64,000 bases of DNA, from NCBI GenBank assembly GCA_963828195.1, contig CAWHDT010000005.1, forward strand, positions 576,001-640,000, given 5' to 3'. This stretch comes from Candidatus Bathyarchaeota archaeon (GTDB lineage: Archaea; Thermoproteota; Bathyarchaeia; Bathyarchaeales; Bathycorpusculaceae). Shown here in pieces: positions 8,861-19,082 of the stretch (position 1 is the first letter of the stretch; each line of letters opens with the position of its first letter). The notes under the pieces are model-generated. The model did not search any database, was not told the origin of the DNA, and saw only the letters and a list, made by a program, of their open reading frames with translations. Both the position numbers and the translations under genes were made by a program.

Positions 8861-9316
8861 CTAACGTTTCCTCCATAAATCATTAGCTTTTAAATTACGC
8901 TCCAGCTCAGCTATCGACTGGAACCTTCCGCTGCCAGCCATCCTGTAGTATTGGCTGTATGTTTTTTCAGTTATGATTCGGCTTGCCTTCAACTCGCGAA
9001 GCTTGCGCCTCAGAGACCGAATCTTTTTCATCCATGCCTCTTTCTTGGTAACCTTAGCGAAGCCAGCGCCAGTTATGCTGCCTGGACCGCCCCGCCTACC
9101 TTTAAGCTTTTTCTCGCGGATAGTTTTAGCTCTGGATCTGCTTACGCCTTTTTCTGGTAAAGAATCGATGATTTTCTCATGAATGAGTTTTCTTACTTCT
9201 TCGCGTGTAATGGCGCCTTCAACATCGTCCATCCGTTCAGGATCAATCCACACTCGGTTTTGCCCAATCTTTAAGATTTGAGCGGCTAATCGTCGTTGGC
9301 TTTTTAGGTCGGTCAT
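8861..9316 (-). CDS. rpl19e: 50S ribosomal protein eL19
   Basis: QRRLAAQILKIGQNRVWIDP, AITREEVR. Confidence 0.99.
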   Translation of the reverse strand: MTDLKSQRRLAAQILKIGQNRVWIDPERMDDVEGAITREEVRKLIHEKIIDSLPEKGVSRSRAKTIREKKLKGRRGGPGSITGAGFAKVTKKEAWMKKIRSLRRKLRELKASRIITEKTYSQYYRMAGSGRFQSIAELERNLKANDLWRKR

Positions 9317-10056
9317 TGTTCCTCTTCTTCCTCCTTGGATTCTTCTTCCATCTCCGGTTCATCTTCTTCAGCGTCGGCTTCTTCTTCCACGTCAGGTTCA
9401 TCTTCGGGCTCAGGCTTGGTTTTCTTTGGTGCCTTTTCCTTCTTTTGCGTCTTCTCTTCAGCCTCGGCCTCTTCATCTTCCGGTTCGACTGGTTCGGCTT
9501 CTTTAAATGTGTCTTCGATTTCTTTCTCTTCTTTCTCGGTTTTTTGCTCTTCTGTCAACTCTTCGCCTTCAGCTGCTTCCCCTTCTTTCGTCTCTGCCTT
9601 GAGTGAAGCTTTGAAATTTAAGATTTTAATGTTAAGTTTCTTGGCTTCCGCAACTATTAGGGCGCGCTTTCTTTTGCCGACGGTGTGTGCTATGCGTGCG
9701 GCTTGGGTGCTTGGGTCTATTGTGGATAGGTCGGGCACATTGTAAACTAGTACTTCCCTGTAACCTGACGGATGCAAGCCTCTGGCGATGTTTGGTCCCT
9801 TATAACCAACGCTTACGCCGGCTGGCCAACCCTTGATTTTTCGCCTAATCTTGTTATCTAATCCTCTGGGTCTTCGCCAACTTATCGCGAATCTATCGTA
9901 CTTCCAGCTTTCAGCTCTTATGAATGCCGGTTTCTTGTTTTTGGCGCGAGCTCTGACCTTGAGTGCTTTTTGTGATATTGATGGTTTCCTTGGGGTTTTT
10001 TCGGTTTCGGTCTTTTCGGTCGTTTCAGTCTCGTCAGTCTTTTCGGTTTCGGTCAT
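9313..10056 (-). CDS. rpl32e: 50S ribosomal protein eL32 with long acidic tail
   Basis: WRRPRGLDNK, RGLHPSGYREVLV. Confidence 0.98.
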   Translation of the reverse strand: MTETEKTDETETTEKTETEKTPRKPSISQKALKVRARAKNKKPAFIRAESWKYDRFAISWRRPRGLDNKIRRKIKGWPAGVSVGYKGPNIARGLHPSGYREVLVYNVPDLSTIDPSTQAARIAHTVGKRKRALIVAEAKKLNIKILNFKASLKAETKEGEAAEGEELTEEQKTEKEEKEIEDTFKEAEPVEPEDEEAEAEEKTQKKEKAPKKTKPEPEDEPDVEEEADAEEDEPEMEEESKEEEEEQ

Positions 10057-10601
10057 TAGGCAACTCCCTCATTTCTTTCATACACGTATATGCCGTCGAG
10101 GAAAACACGTGGGTCTTTGTTCTTTACTCTTGTGGCTTGTTCGATGTTCGCGGCGGTTTGGCTTACATCTTCCAAGTTTGCGCCTTCAATAATGATGTCG
10201 TCAGGTTCAATTTTCACTTTGACATCGCCGATTATCTTTATGCTACGTGCTCTACGTTCACCCGTAAAGTTTTCAATCAAAATCGATTTACCTTGAATCT
10301 TTACTGAAATTGGAAAGTGGGAAAACACTATTTTTAGTTTATATGAATAGCCCTTTGTGACTCCTGTAATCATGTTTTGAATGTGCGATGTTATTGTTCC
10401 TACAAGTGCGGCTTCCTTTTTGCGTGGCCATTTTGCCCAAATACGAATGTTTTTTCCTTCGCCTTCAATAGAGATTTGTGCAAAAGAAAAGTCACGTGTT
10501 AAGGACCCTTTGGCGCCTTTAACGTTGACTTTTTTGCCTTCCAGGCTGACGTCTACGTTTTCGGGAACCTGAATAGTTTTAGATACTTCTGGAAGTCGCA
10601 T
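10056..10601 (-). CDS. rpl6: 50S ribosomal protein uL6
   Basis: SHFPI, NFTGER, KDPRVFLDGIY. Confidence 0.99.
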   Translation of the reverse strand: MRLPEVSKTIQVPENVDVSLEGKKVNVKGAKGSLTRDFSFAQISIEGEGKNIRIWAKWPRKKEAALVGTITSHIQNMITGVTKGYSYKLKIVFSHFPISVKIQGKSILIENFTGERRARSIKIIGDVKVKIEPDDIIIEGANLEDVSQTAANIEQATRVKNKDPRVFLDGIYVYERNEGVA

Positions 10602-10612
10602 AAATTACACCT

Positions 10613-10996
10613 CTAATACACGAAGGCTAACAGCCTTCCTCCAACGTTTTTTTCTTCAGCATCCTTGTGGGCTATCACGCCTTTCGAAGTGGAAACAACC
10701 ATTATCCCTAAGTCTCTGGAGGGCAAATACTTCTTTTCCCAGTCTTCGAATTCGCCTACTTTTGCTGGGTAGCGCGGTTTTATTGGTCCACACTTGTTTA
10801 TTCTACCTAGTAATTGTACTTTGAATTTTCCAGAGCGTCCATCGTCGATGAATTCGAATTCGCCTATGTAACCGTTTAGCTGCATTATCCTTAGGACTCG
10901 ACCCAAAAGTTTAGAGGCAGGGCTAATTACGCATTCACGTTTGTTACGCATTTCATTGTTTACGATTGTGATCAATCCATTTGTTAAAGTGTCCAT
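10613..10996 (-). CDS. rps8: 30S ribosomal protein uS8
   Basis: GYIGEFEFIDDGRSG, GGRLLAFVY. Confidence 0.99.
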   Translation of the reverse strand: MDTLTNGLITIVNNEMRNKRECVISPASKLLGRVLRIMQLNGYIGEFEFIDDGRSGKFKVQLLGRINKCGPIKPRYPAKVGEFEDWEKKYLPSRDLGIMVVSTSKGVIAHKDAEEKNVGGRLLAFVY

Positions 10997-11008
10997 TTCT
11001 TTTAGCTC

Positions 11009-11173
11009 CTACTCATATTTTTTGAACCCAAGTTTTGGGGCTGCTTCCCTGAAACAGTGCCTACATAAATATAAATTGTACCGTCGAATAACTGGCCCGT
11101 AAGAGCCGCATCGGACGCATGGTCTTGAGCCTTTGCCGTATTTTCGTTCTTTTTTCAATTGTTGTTTTCCCAT
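11009..11173 (-). CDS. rps14: 30S ribosomal protein uS14 (zinc-binding)
   Basis: Not in ORF track (54 aa): [54 protein letters not shown]. Confidence 0.97.
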   Translation of the reverse strand: MGKQQLKKERKYGKGSRPCVRCGSYGPVIRRYNLYLCRHCFREAAPKLGFKKYE

Positions 11174-11188
11174 ACATTCAGCCTCTGT

Positions 11189-11731
11189 TTAAACGATTTC
11201 GACTCCTAACGTCTGTTTTATGAAGATAATTGATTCTTCAGGTGTTAACATGTGCTTGCGACCGATATGTTGCTTTTCTTTGCGTCGAATCCTCACTCGT
11301 TGCCCTGCACGATTAACAGTAACACAAATATCCATTCCGAAGATGCCTATTTCAGGGTCATATTTTACACCTGGAATTTCAATGTGTTCTTTAAGGCCGA
11401 AAGCAAAGTTACCATGCTCATCAAAGGAAGACTGCGAAACCTTGTTGTCTACAACGGGCAATACTTTCTTTAGAAAGTCAATAGCCTTCTGTTTTCGCAG
11501 TGTGACAACGACGGCAATTGGTTCTCCTTCGCGTATGCCAAAGTCACGGATGGTTTTTTTGGCTTTTTTCTTGATCGGCGTCTGATCTGTTATTTCTTTG
11601 AGCACTTTGTTGGCTTTTTCAAGCGGCTCACCTGATTTTCCAACGTTAAGGTTCACCACGACTTTTTCAATGCGGGGCTTAAGCATTGGATGCTCTTCCC
11701 AACTCTTAATTAAAGCTTCTTGCTCAGACAA
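11189..11731 (-). CDS. rpl5: 50S ribosomal protein uL5
   Basis: KVVVNLNVG, FGIREGEPI, YDPEIGIFGMD. Confidence 0.99.
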   Translation of the reverse strand: MSEQEALIKSWEEHPMLKPRIEKVVVNLNVGKSGEPLEKANKVLKEITDQTPIKKKAKKTIRDFGIREGEPIAVVVTLRKQKAIDFLKKVLPVVDNKVSQSSFDEHGNFAFGLKEHIEIPGVKYDPEIGIFGMDICVTVNRAGQRVRIRRKEKQHIGRKHMLTPEESIIFIKQTLGVEIV

Positions 11732-12491
11732 CTGCGGATGCCTCCGGTACTGCTGCTATTAATGATTCGGTTTCACCGATGGAAAAGATGAAGTCTAAGA
11801 TTGTTTGATAACGGGTGCCTTTTGTGTCTTCTATTACCACTAGGGCTTGCCGTCGTTTCTTAGCTTCAGTTTTTTCTATTTCTATTATTTTGCCTTGTTT
11901 GCCAATGTTTTTGCCGCCGGTGATTACGGCTAAGTTTCCTTCTTTGGTTTTCAAGCTAAGAACCACTTGTTTTTCGGGATAAGTGACTTTTAAAATGTCA
12001 AAAGTTTCGTATGTGACTTCTGCTGGCTTCTTTGGGTCTGCAACTTTTATGAGCATGTTTGAGCCGTCGTGAACCGCGATTTGCATTCCGTTTTTAACAG
12101 TGGTTTTGTCTTCAACGCGGACAAGTGTGAAGCTTGCTTCTTCTTTGCTTATTGGATTTAAAACTAGTCCCTTATTGGACGGCATTATTCGGTAATACTT
12201 GCCTGCGTCAGGTATGGAGATGACATCCATCAGGCCGACTGGAAAATCGTCTTGTTTCCTCACTTTTCCGTTAACCTGTACTTTGCCTTGGGCAAGTATA
12301 AATTTGCCTTCTTTTCGTGTTTGCGCAACGCCTAGAATGTCTCGAAGAACCAGCGTTAATGGTAAACAACTCTGTAGAGAGTGCGAGCCGGATGAGGGCT
12401 TGACTATCCACGGAAGTTCTTTTCTATGAATTGGCCAGAATCTTGGAGCTGGCTTACGTTTCAGCCTTGCAGTTTTTCCTTTTTTACCCAA
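11724..12491 (-). CDS. rps4e: 30S ribosomal protein eS4
   Basis: LKRKPAPRFWPI, FPVGLMDVI, ITGGKNIG; probable TTG start at 12491. Confidence 0.98.
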   Translation of the reverse strand: MGKKGKTARLKRKPAPRFWPIHRKELPWIVKPSSGSHSLQSCLPLTLVLRDILGVAQTRKEGKFILAQGKVQVNGKVRKQDDFPVGLMDVISIPDAGKYYRIMPSNKGLVLNPISKEEASFTLVRVEDKTTVKNGMQIAVHDGSNMLIKVADPKKPAEVTYETFDILKVTYPEKQVVLSLKTKEGNLAVITGGKNIGKQGKIIEIEKTEAKKRRQALVVIEDTKGTRYQTILDFIFSIGETESLIAAVPEASAVV

Positions 12492-12492
12492 A

Positions 12493-13353
12493 TTATTGTC
12501 CTCCCTCAGTTTCTTTAGAGGTTTTACGTTTAACACGCGGTTTCGCAGCAGCTTTTTTGGGCGCCGCCTCTTTTACCGGTGTTTTCGACGCAGCTGCTTT
12601 TTTGGTTGCTGCCTTCGGCTTTGCAGCTTCTTTCTTAGCAGGCGCCTTTTCTTCTACTATTGGAGCTTTTTCCTCAGCGGGTTTCTTTTTCGCCGGGGCT
12701 GATTTTTTAGCAGCAGGTTTCTTAGCTGGTGCTTTCTTTGCCGCTGGAGCTTTTTCCACTGTCTCCTCTGCTATTTCTTCCTCAGGAACTTGTTCCACTG
12801 GCGCTTCCTCTATAGCAATTCCAGGTGCTGCTTTTTCTTGTATAGGCGGTGCTTCCAAAGACGGTTCTTCGGCAGGTGCTTCAACAGGTTTTTCTTCTTC
12901 AATCTCTAATTGCGGCTGCTCGGGAATCTTTTCTGCTTTCTTGGATGGTTTCGGTTTTACTTTTGCCGCTGGCTTTTCTACACCCTTCTTTCTGCTAAGG
13001 ATATCTTTTCGCCATTTGTCGTCAAGGTTAAGGTTTCTTATTTCAACTTTGGATGGGTGTATTGGAAGGAAAATGTTTGTTCCATCAACTTTTTCACGAG
13101 TGAACCCCTCAATGTAGATTCGGAACAATCTGGTGTCAACACGTGAAACTTTGCCTTCAAACCCTTTGTTGTCGCCCCTTTTAATGCGAACTGTGTCGCC
13201 CTTTCTTACTGGAAGAGTTTTTGCTCCTCTTGAAGCAGCAAGCTCACTTGAAAGTGGGGACGACATGAGCCTGTGACGCAGGTGAGCAGGAGCATTAAAA
13301 AGCTTTTTCCGTTGCTTCCCAGGATTTTTTACTCGTTTGGTATCTTGCATCAT
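12493..13353 (-). CDS. rpl24: 50S ribosomal protein uL24 with very long E/K/A/P tail
   Basis: PGKQRK, VRKGDTV, IHPSKV. Confidence 0.98.
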   Translation of the reverse strand: MMQDTKRVKNPGKQRKKLFNAPAHLRHRLMSSPLSSELAASRGAKTLPVRKGDTVRIKRGDNKGFEGKVSRVDTRLFRIYIEGFTREKVDGTNIFLPIHPSKVEIRNLNLDDKWRKDILSRKKGVEKPAAKVKPKPSKKAEKIPEQPQLEIEEEKPVEAPAEEPSLEAPPIQEKAAPGIAIEEAPVEQVPEEEIAEETVEKAPAAKKAPAKKPAAKKSAPAKKKPAEEKAPIVEEKAPAKKEAAKPKAATKKAAASKTPVKEAAPKKAAAKPRVKRKTSKETEGGQ

Positions 13354-13360
13354 CTTACAC

Positions 13361-13801
13361 CTACACTATTATGCTTGAGGCACTTGCAATTCTTGGCCAT
13401 CTTTCAGCGGCCTCTCTAGCTACTGGACCCCTTATTTCTGAACCCTTCATTTCGCCGTCAGGAGTGATAATTACTGCTGCGTTGTCTTCAAACTGAACCC
13501 AAACACCGTCAACCCGTCGGAAAGTTTTTCTTTGGCGAACAATTACTGCTTGGAAAATCTTTTTCCTCATATCAGGTGATCCTTGTCTGACAGAAACTGT
13601 TACTTTATCGCCTACGGTGGCGGATGGGTAACGTCGCAGTCGCCCTTTATAACCCATGGCTTGAATCAAGCGCAGTACTCGCGCACCGGTGTTATCTGCG
13701 CATTTTAATTCTGAACCTGATAATAGTCCACGGCTAATTTTTTGTCCGTGTGAAAGCATGCCTTTTGCCACAAGCGCTCTTTGTTTTGCCTTTGCCGCCA
13801 T
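13361..13801 (-). CDS. rpl14: 50S ribosomal protein uL14
   Basis: CADNTGA, FEDNAAVI, GPVAREAAERWPRIAS. Confidence 0.99.
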   Translation of the reverse strand: MAAKAKQRALVAKGMLSHGQKISRGLLSGSELKCADNTGARVLRLIQAMGYKGRLRRYPSATVGDKVTVSVRQGSPDMRKKIFQAVIVRQRKTFRRVDGVWVQFEDNAAVIITPDGEMKGSEIRGPVAREAAERWPRIASASSIIV

Positions 13802-13802
13802 T

Positions 13803-14123
13803 CTACTTTTCCTCTCCTAATTTTTCAACCACAACAAAAGAAACCGTTTTGCTGATTGGCCTGCACTCGGCGATTCTTACTCTGTCGCCTTCTTTAACAT
13901 CTATGCATGGTGTGTTGTGGGATGCAATGTGGCCATGTCTTCGTTCGTACCTTTGAAATTTCGACGAAAACTGCAAGAATTCCCTGTCAACTATAACAGT
14001 TTTATCCATTTTAGCAGTTTGGACTTTTCCATCAAGTACGCGTCCTCTTATTGCAAGAGTTCCATGGAATGGACAGTTCCGGTCGTCACATGTTTTTTTA
14101 GGTTGCTTAAAAGCTAATGACAT
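13803..14123 (-). CDS. rps17: 30S ribosomal protein uS17
   Basis: CDDRNCPFHG, ECRPISKT. Confidence 0.99.
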   Translation of the reverse strand: MSLAFKQPKKTCDDRNCPFHGTLAIRGRVLDGKVQTAKMDKTVIVDREFLQFSSKFQRYERRHGHIASHNTPCIDVKEGDRVRIAECRPISKTVSFVVVEKLGEEK

Positions 14124-14404
14124 TACCATAACCTCTTAATGCTTTTTTTAAGTCTATCCTCAGATCTTCCGACTAAAAGTTTCCCGTCGATATCTACAAC
14201 TGTTCCGTCATCAAACGTAAAGTTGAAGACGGAAAATTCTTTAATTATACTCTTCGCTTGCCCTTCCTGAAGGAATGTGAAGGTGTTTTTTGTTTCACCT
14301 ATGACTCTGCCGCCTAGGCCAATATAGTCTTTATGCGGGCTCAGAACAACTTTGCCTTCAGTGCCGATAAATTCATAACGGATAATATCGGGGGTTACTT
14401 TCAT
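14123..14404 (-). CDS. rnp1: RNase P protein component 1 (Rpp29)
   Basis: EFIG, GRVIGETKNT, IDGKLLVGRSEDR; canonical position between L29 and S17. Confidence 0.95.
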   Translation of the reverse strand: MKVTPDIIRYEFIGTEGKVVLSPHKDYIGLGGRVIGETKNTFTFLQEGQAKSIIKEFSVFNFTFDDGTVVDIDGKLLVGRSEDRLKKSIKRLW

Positions 14405-14709
14405 TGGGAAGTCGCCTCAGTTACTTTTTCAGCCTTAGGCTTTTTAGCCGGCTTCTCCGCTTTTTTCTGCTGTTTCTTCTCAGGTTCAGCGGCAACTGCT
14501 TTTCTAATGCCAAGTTTATTCTCGTTGTCCACGGTTAATATTTGAGCGATAGTTTTTCGCAGTTCTCTTACTCGCGTTGGGTTTTCAACTGCTCCACCTG
14601 CGTTAATCATGGTTCGGATGCGAGCTAGCTCTGCCCGTAATTCAAGAAGTTTGTTTTTTCTATCGTCAGGAGACATATCGACGATTTCTTTGATTCGCAT
14701 TCTGGGCAT
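14401..14709 (-). CDS. rpl29: 50S ribosomal protein uL29 with basic tail
   Basis: LLELRAEL, ENPTRVRELRKTIAQILT. Confidence 0.97.
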   Translation of the reverse strand: MPRMRIKEIVDMSPDDRKNKLLELRAELARIRTMINAGGAVENPTRVRELRKTIAQILTVDNENKLGIRKAVAAEPEKKQQKKAEKPAKKPKAEKVTEATSQ

Positions 14710-15468
14710 TTACTTTTTTGCCTCCTTGGGGGGTTCATCTGCAACTTCTGTCGCCTGGACCATTGGTTCTTCCTTTACTTCTGCTTTTGTTGGTTCTTCA
14801 GTTGGAGGTGGTGCTTCTTCTTGTGGTTTGGCTTCAGTCTGCTCTGCGACAACGATTTTTTCTTCTTCTGGTGCTGCTTCGAGAATTTTGATTCTGTCAG
14901 GGAAATATGCGTCCGGCGGCATAATTTTTACTCTAACACCTATGATGCCGGGTTTCAGTTGTACGTGAGCCTCAGCTTTTCTCATAGCAACTAATGCTGG
15001 TTCTCCGCATCTTGGGAAGTACCCAGCGCGGAATTTTTCAAAACGTGCTCGTTCTGTGGTAAGCTTTCCGCTTATAACTATTTCAGCGCCAAGGGCACCG
15101 GCTTCCATAACTTGGTTTAATGCCCAAAAACCTGCGCGTCTAAAGTGAACACCTCTTTCAAGCGCTGAGGCAACTCGTGACGCAATCACAAAGGCGTTGA
15201 ATTCTGGAACTTCGATTTCTGAAACTGAAATTTGAGGATTAGAAACTTTGAAGCTTTGCTCGAGGGCTGAGGCAAGTTCTTTTATTGTTTCTCCGCCTCT
15301 GCCGATTACTAAGCCTGGGCGCATCGCGTAAATTACCACGTGCGTTCCGAGCGGAGTTTTGGATATGTTTACTCCGCCGTATCCAGCTCTTTCAAGCTTT
15401 TTTTGTAAAAATTCATCTATTTCTGTTCTTTTTATTGACTCAGTTATAAAACGTTTAACTATGCTCAT
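14710..15468 (-). CDS. rps3: 30S ribosomal protein uS3 with acidic tail
   Basis: RPGLVIGRGG KH motif, GAEIVISGKL, KPGIIGVRVKI. Confidence 0.99.
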   Translation of the reverse strand: MSIVKRFITESIKRTEIDEFLQKKLERAGYGGVNISKTPLGTHVVIYAMRPGLVIGRGGETIKELASALEQSFKVSNPQISVSEIEVPEFNAFVIASRVASALERGVHFRRAGFWALNQVMEAGALGAEIVISGKLTTERARFEKFRAGYFPRCGEPALVAMRKAEAHVQLKPGIIGVRVKIMPPDAYFPDRIKILEAAPEEEKIVVAEQTEAKPQEEAPPPTEEPTKAEVKEEPMVQATEVADEPPKEAKK

Positions 15469-15957
15469 TTATTGTTCTCCTTGAGTGGTAGGTTTCTCGT
15501 CTAGAACTATTTCGACGTGCGTTGTTGTGTCATATTTCGGTGAAGCTCTGCCGTGCGCTCTGGGCGTGAAACGCTTCAATTTCATGCCTGGATATGCAGC
15601 TGCGTGAATTATACGCAACCTATCTACGTCTAAACCTTTATTTTCAGCATTAGACTGCGCCGCTTCTAAGACGCTGAGGATTTGTTGTGAAGCTTTAATT
15701 GGGTATCTTCCGCAAAAGCTGTTTATGAGTCCATGGCGGTGAGGCAGTTTTTTGTTGTACCTTGTGTAGGGCACAGACTTCTTTTTGGCTACAACATCTC
15801 GCAAATACTGTTTTGCGTTATTGAGCATCATGCCTTTGAGGGCTTTGCAGATTTCTCTTGATGCTTTATGGGATACTTTGAGTTCTCTGCCGCTTGCTTT
15901 CGCTGTTTTTTCTGGATCGAGCAATTCGTTGATTATTGAGTATCCCCATTTTGGCAT
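15469..15957 (-). CDS. rpl22: 50S ribosomal protein uL22
   Basis: GRYPIKAS, PRAHGRAS, THVEIVL; ATG at 15957. Confidence 0.99.
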   Translation of the reverse strand: MPKWGYSIINELLDPEKTAKASGRELKVSHKASREICKALKGMMLNNAKQYLRDVVAKKKSVPYTRYNKKLPHRHGLINSFCGRYPIKASQQILSVLEAAQSNAENKGLDVDRLRIIHAAAYPGMKLKRFTPRAHGRASPKYDTTTHVEIVLDEKPTTQGEQ

Positions 15958-16240
15958 TAATACATCTCCGATGCGCAATCAAACACGTAAAAGCAATTTA
16001 TATGGCTTTCCGTATCACAACTAAGATTTTAGTCTAAGCAGACTAGTTACATTCCCGGCGAAGGGAACAATTCGAACGCGTGAGGTGTACAGTTTTGGGA
16101 TGGCGTTTAAGCATTTATAGTTTACCCAAAAAAAGGAAATAGACTATATAGTGACGGTTTTTGCGCTTTTGGTTTTTGGAGTTTTACGTTAAAATCAAGG
16201 TGGAAAAAAAGTTTAACAACTGGCTTTTAACGAAAATAAT

Positions 16241-16280
16241 TATGTCGCGACTTTTGCGTGCGCGAAAGTTGCGACTTTTT
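16241..16280. repeat. Partial copy of the dispersed repeat (two boxes)
   Basis: GTCGCGACTTT and GTTGCGACTTT 24 bp apart; spacing is 23 bp in copies A and B. Confidence 0.65.
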
Positions 16281-16475
16281 GAGAAAGTTCGCCTTTAAAT
16301 TTCAAAGTTCGCGCGATTTTATTAGACGCTTCGCTAACAAAAAATAGTTGAAAACCGCATCCAAAGTTGAATGAACCCGGTTTAACATTAAACCTTTTTC
16401 CAGTCTCTTTCTTGCCTCAGCAATTTCCTTTTTTCCTGCAGTCACAGAGTTTAGCTGGGCATTTGGCTGCGGTGG

Positions 16476-17573
16476 CTATTTGCGCCTTCGACTTTTAGAT
16501 GCCCCTACAACTGCACAAAATGTCGCAGCCGCCATCAACAACACAACTAAAATGGTTGACGCGACACTGAACTCCGGTATCGTTGGGCTTGGCGATGTTT
16601 GTGAGGCGTCTGACAGAATAGATACTGTGTTGCTGCCGCTGTTTGTCGCAAATGTTTCTCCTTTGGCTACGTCATAGGCAACTCCAAAAGGAAATTCTCC
16701 AACGCTCGCGTGAGAGGCAGCATATGTAGAGTCGGATATTGCGGTTACGGTGCCTGATTTTAAATCATAATTTGCAACAATAACTTCCCCTAGTGCTAAG
16801 TCATAAGCGAGGTCATAGGGCAAACTCAGCGAAGGAGCGCTTACGGTTTCAACGACGGAGTTGTCCGAATCAGATATCACTGAAACGGTGCTGTCATAGC
16901 TGTTTGTTACAAAGATGTCTCCCCTTCCAGAATCATAACAAACGCCATATGGAGAACCCCCAACATTCACGGTTGCAACCACATCGTTGCTGGAGTCAGA
17001 TATGACTGAAACGGTGGAATCCACGCCGTTGGCAACGAAAACTTCGCCTTTCGCCGAGTCATATGCCATTCCTTGAGGAGTGTTCCCAACCGTGATTGTT
17101 GCAGTGACGGCGTTTGCGCTGTCCGAGATAACTGAAACGGTGTTATCTACCTGATTTGCCACAAACACTTCGTTTGTGCCAGAATCGCAAGCAACTCCAA
17201 CGGGTCCATTTCCAACGTTCACTGTATCAACAACGGTATTCGACGCATCAGATATTACTGAAACCGTGTTACTCTTTGTATTTGTGACAAAAACTTCGCC
17301 TTTGCCAGAATCATAAGCAAGCTCGACGGGGGAACTGCCGACAACCACCGTGGCTATAACGGAATTTGAAGAATCAGATATCACTGAAACTGTATTCGCA
17401 GCATTGTTAGCCACGAACAACTCGCCCTTTCCCGCGTCGTAAGCTATACCCTTAGGAGTATCCCCAACTTTTACGGTGGGAAATGCAGCGGCCGCAGAGG
17501 CGATGCTGGCTGATGAAAAAGTGAAAATGAAGATTAATATTAAACATAGAAACTTCCAAATTTTAACTTTCAT
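16476..17573 (-). CDS. Secreted YVTN/YncE beta-propeller protein with PEF-CTERM sorting signal
   Basis: Signal peptide; ~42-aa VG..P..AYD...FVAN...TVSVI repeats; TIPEF + TM + basic tail. Confidence 0.9.
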   Translation of the reverse strand: MKVKIWKFLCLILIFIFTFSSASIASAAAAFPTVKVGDTPKGIAYDAGKGELFVANNAANTVSVISDSSNSVIATVVVGSSPVELAYDSGKGEVFVTNTKSNTVSVISDASNTVVDTVNVGNGPVGVACDSGTNEVFVANQVDNTVSVISDSANAVTATITVGNTPQGMAYDSAKGEVFVANGVDSTVSVISDSSNDVVATVNVGGSPYGVCYDSGRGDIFVTNSYDSTVSVISDSDNSVVETVSAPSLSLPYDLAYDLALGEVIVANYDLKSGTVTAISDSTYAASHASVGEFPFGVAYDVAKGETFATNSGSNTVSILSDASQTSPSPTIPEFSVASTILVVLLMAAATFCAVVGASKSRRRK

Positions 17574-17927
17574 AAAATCAACTCAACCCTTTCTTGCCTA
17601 AAATCCAAAAAAACCTATGTATTGCCCCATTAATAAAGATTTATTGTCACAACAATTTGGCCTGCGCTCTTTAATCTGCGACTGATTTGGAGTAAGTCCA
17701 GTTTGACCCATCCTAATTGTAATGCAGCCTAACCAAGATTCCAGCGAGGGCTCAATCTTATGCTAGCGCACATAAAGTACCCGCCTTGAGTTGAGGTCGA
17801 AGCTCAAAAAAACCCTCTCCTGGCATATCAGAGTTGACCTGTTTTTCCATTCAGATGGTTTACACACCTAAAACGTTTATGTTTACCCGACTGTATTTGC
17901 TATTGCACCTGAAAAGGCGGTTTTGGA

Positions 17928-18995
17928 ATGGCTAGTCAAAACGAGAAAATCACTATGTTGCATGGCGCCGGCGGCACAGTCATGCATAACTTGGTCAAGA
18001 ACTACATTGTGAAGTACTTCGGCGGATTAGGCAACGTAGCTGAGGTTCCGCTGGAAGCGATGGACGACGCAGCAGTCATCGGCGACATCGTTTTCAAGAG
18101 CGATTCTCACGCTGTTAAACCCATCTTTTTCCCAGGCGGCGACATCGGACGCTTATCGATTTCAGGCACAGTAAATGATATTTCAGCCATGGGCGCCACG
18201 CCTTACGCGTTGGCTTGCGGGTTTATTTTGGAGGAAGGTTTGCTGCTTTCGGATTTGGAGCGGATTTTGGTGAGCATGCGGGAGACCTGCATTGAAGCAG
18301 GCGTAGGCATCGTGACGGGGGACACGAAGGTGGTGGAGAAGGGCAGCTTAGGGGGCTTAGTCATGAATGTTTCGGGGATCGGCAGAAGAACCCCAGCTTT
18401 GGACAACGACATTAAAGTGGCAAGGCAGTACCGAAGCGTGGCTTCCCGCTGGACGCTTGACTCAAATTTGGCGGCGGGAGACAAAATCATTTTGACGGGC
18501 ACAATCGGCGACCACGGGTTAGCTGTGCTTTCAGCGCAGCAAGGCTTGACTTTCGGCAGTGAAATAAAGTCGGATGTTAGACCATTAAATCGGATGCTTC
18601 AGAAGTTATTTGCAGAAATAGGGGGGGTTATTTCTGTGAAAGATCCTACTCGCGGCGGGTTGGCAGATGCGCTAAACGAGTGGGCTGAAAAATCAAAAGT
18701 CGGCATTTTAACGTATGAAGACAAAGTTCCCATCCGAAAGGACGTGCAGACCGCCTGCGACATGCTTGGCTTGGACCCTCTTGAAGTTGGGAATGAAGGC
18801 AAATATATAATCGGCGTCGTCAAGGAGAAAGCAGAGGAAGCGCTGGAATTTTTGAGGCAGACGGATGAGGGCAAAAACGCGCAGATAATCGGTGAAGCCA
18901 CAACCCAGTTTAAGGGTGTAGCGATGCAGACGGTTGTCGGCGGCAAAAGAATCATTGCAAGACCCATAGGCGACCCAGTGCCAAGAATCTGCTAG
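17928..18995 (+). CDS. hypE: Hydrogenase maturation protein HypE
   Basis: HGAGG, FPGGDIG, GDTKVV, DPTRGG, C-terminal PRIC. Confidence 0.98.
   Translation: MASQNEKITMLHGAGGTVMHNLVKNYIVKYFGGLGNVAEVPLEAMDDAAVIGDIVFKSDSHAVKPIFFPGGDIGRLSISGTVNDISAMGATPYALACGFILEEGLLLSDLERILVSMRETCIEAGVGIVTGDTKVVEKGSLGGLVMNVSGIGRRTPALDNDIKVARQYRSVASRWTLDSNLAAGDKIILTGTIGDHGLAVLSAQQGLTFGSEIKSDVRPLNRMLQKLFAEIGGVISVKDPTRGGLADALNEWAEKSKVGILTYEDKVPIRKDVQTACDMLGLDPLEVGNEGKYIIGVVKEKAEEALEFLRQTDEGKNAQIIGEATTQFKGVAMQTVVGGKRIIARPIGDPVPRIC
18974..18995 (+). repeat. 22-bp direct repeat (hypE 3' end)
   Basis: CCCAGTGCCAAGAATCTGCTAG identical to 20756-20777. Confidence 0.9.
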
Positions 18996-19082
18996 CATCC
19001 TGCAGAGAGCTATAAGCGGCAAAGATTCAGCCGTTATTCTCAAATCTTATAAGAAGAGATCGCGAACTAAACGTGACTGCCT

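Noticed and set aside
8067-14968. Long plus-strand ORFs opposite r-protein genes (e.g. 8067..8612, 12431..13117)
   Set aside because: Antisense shadows of low-complexity tails
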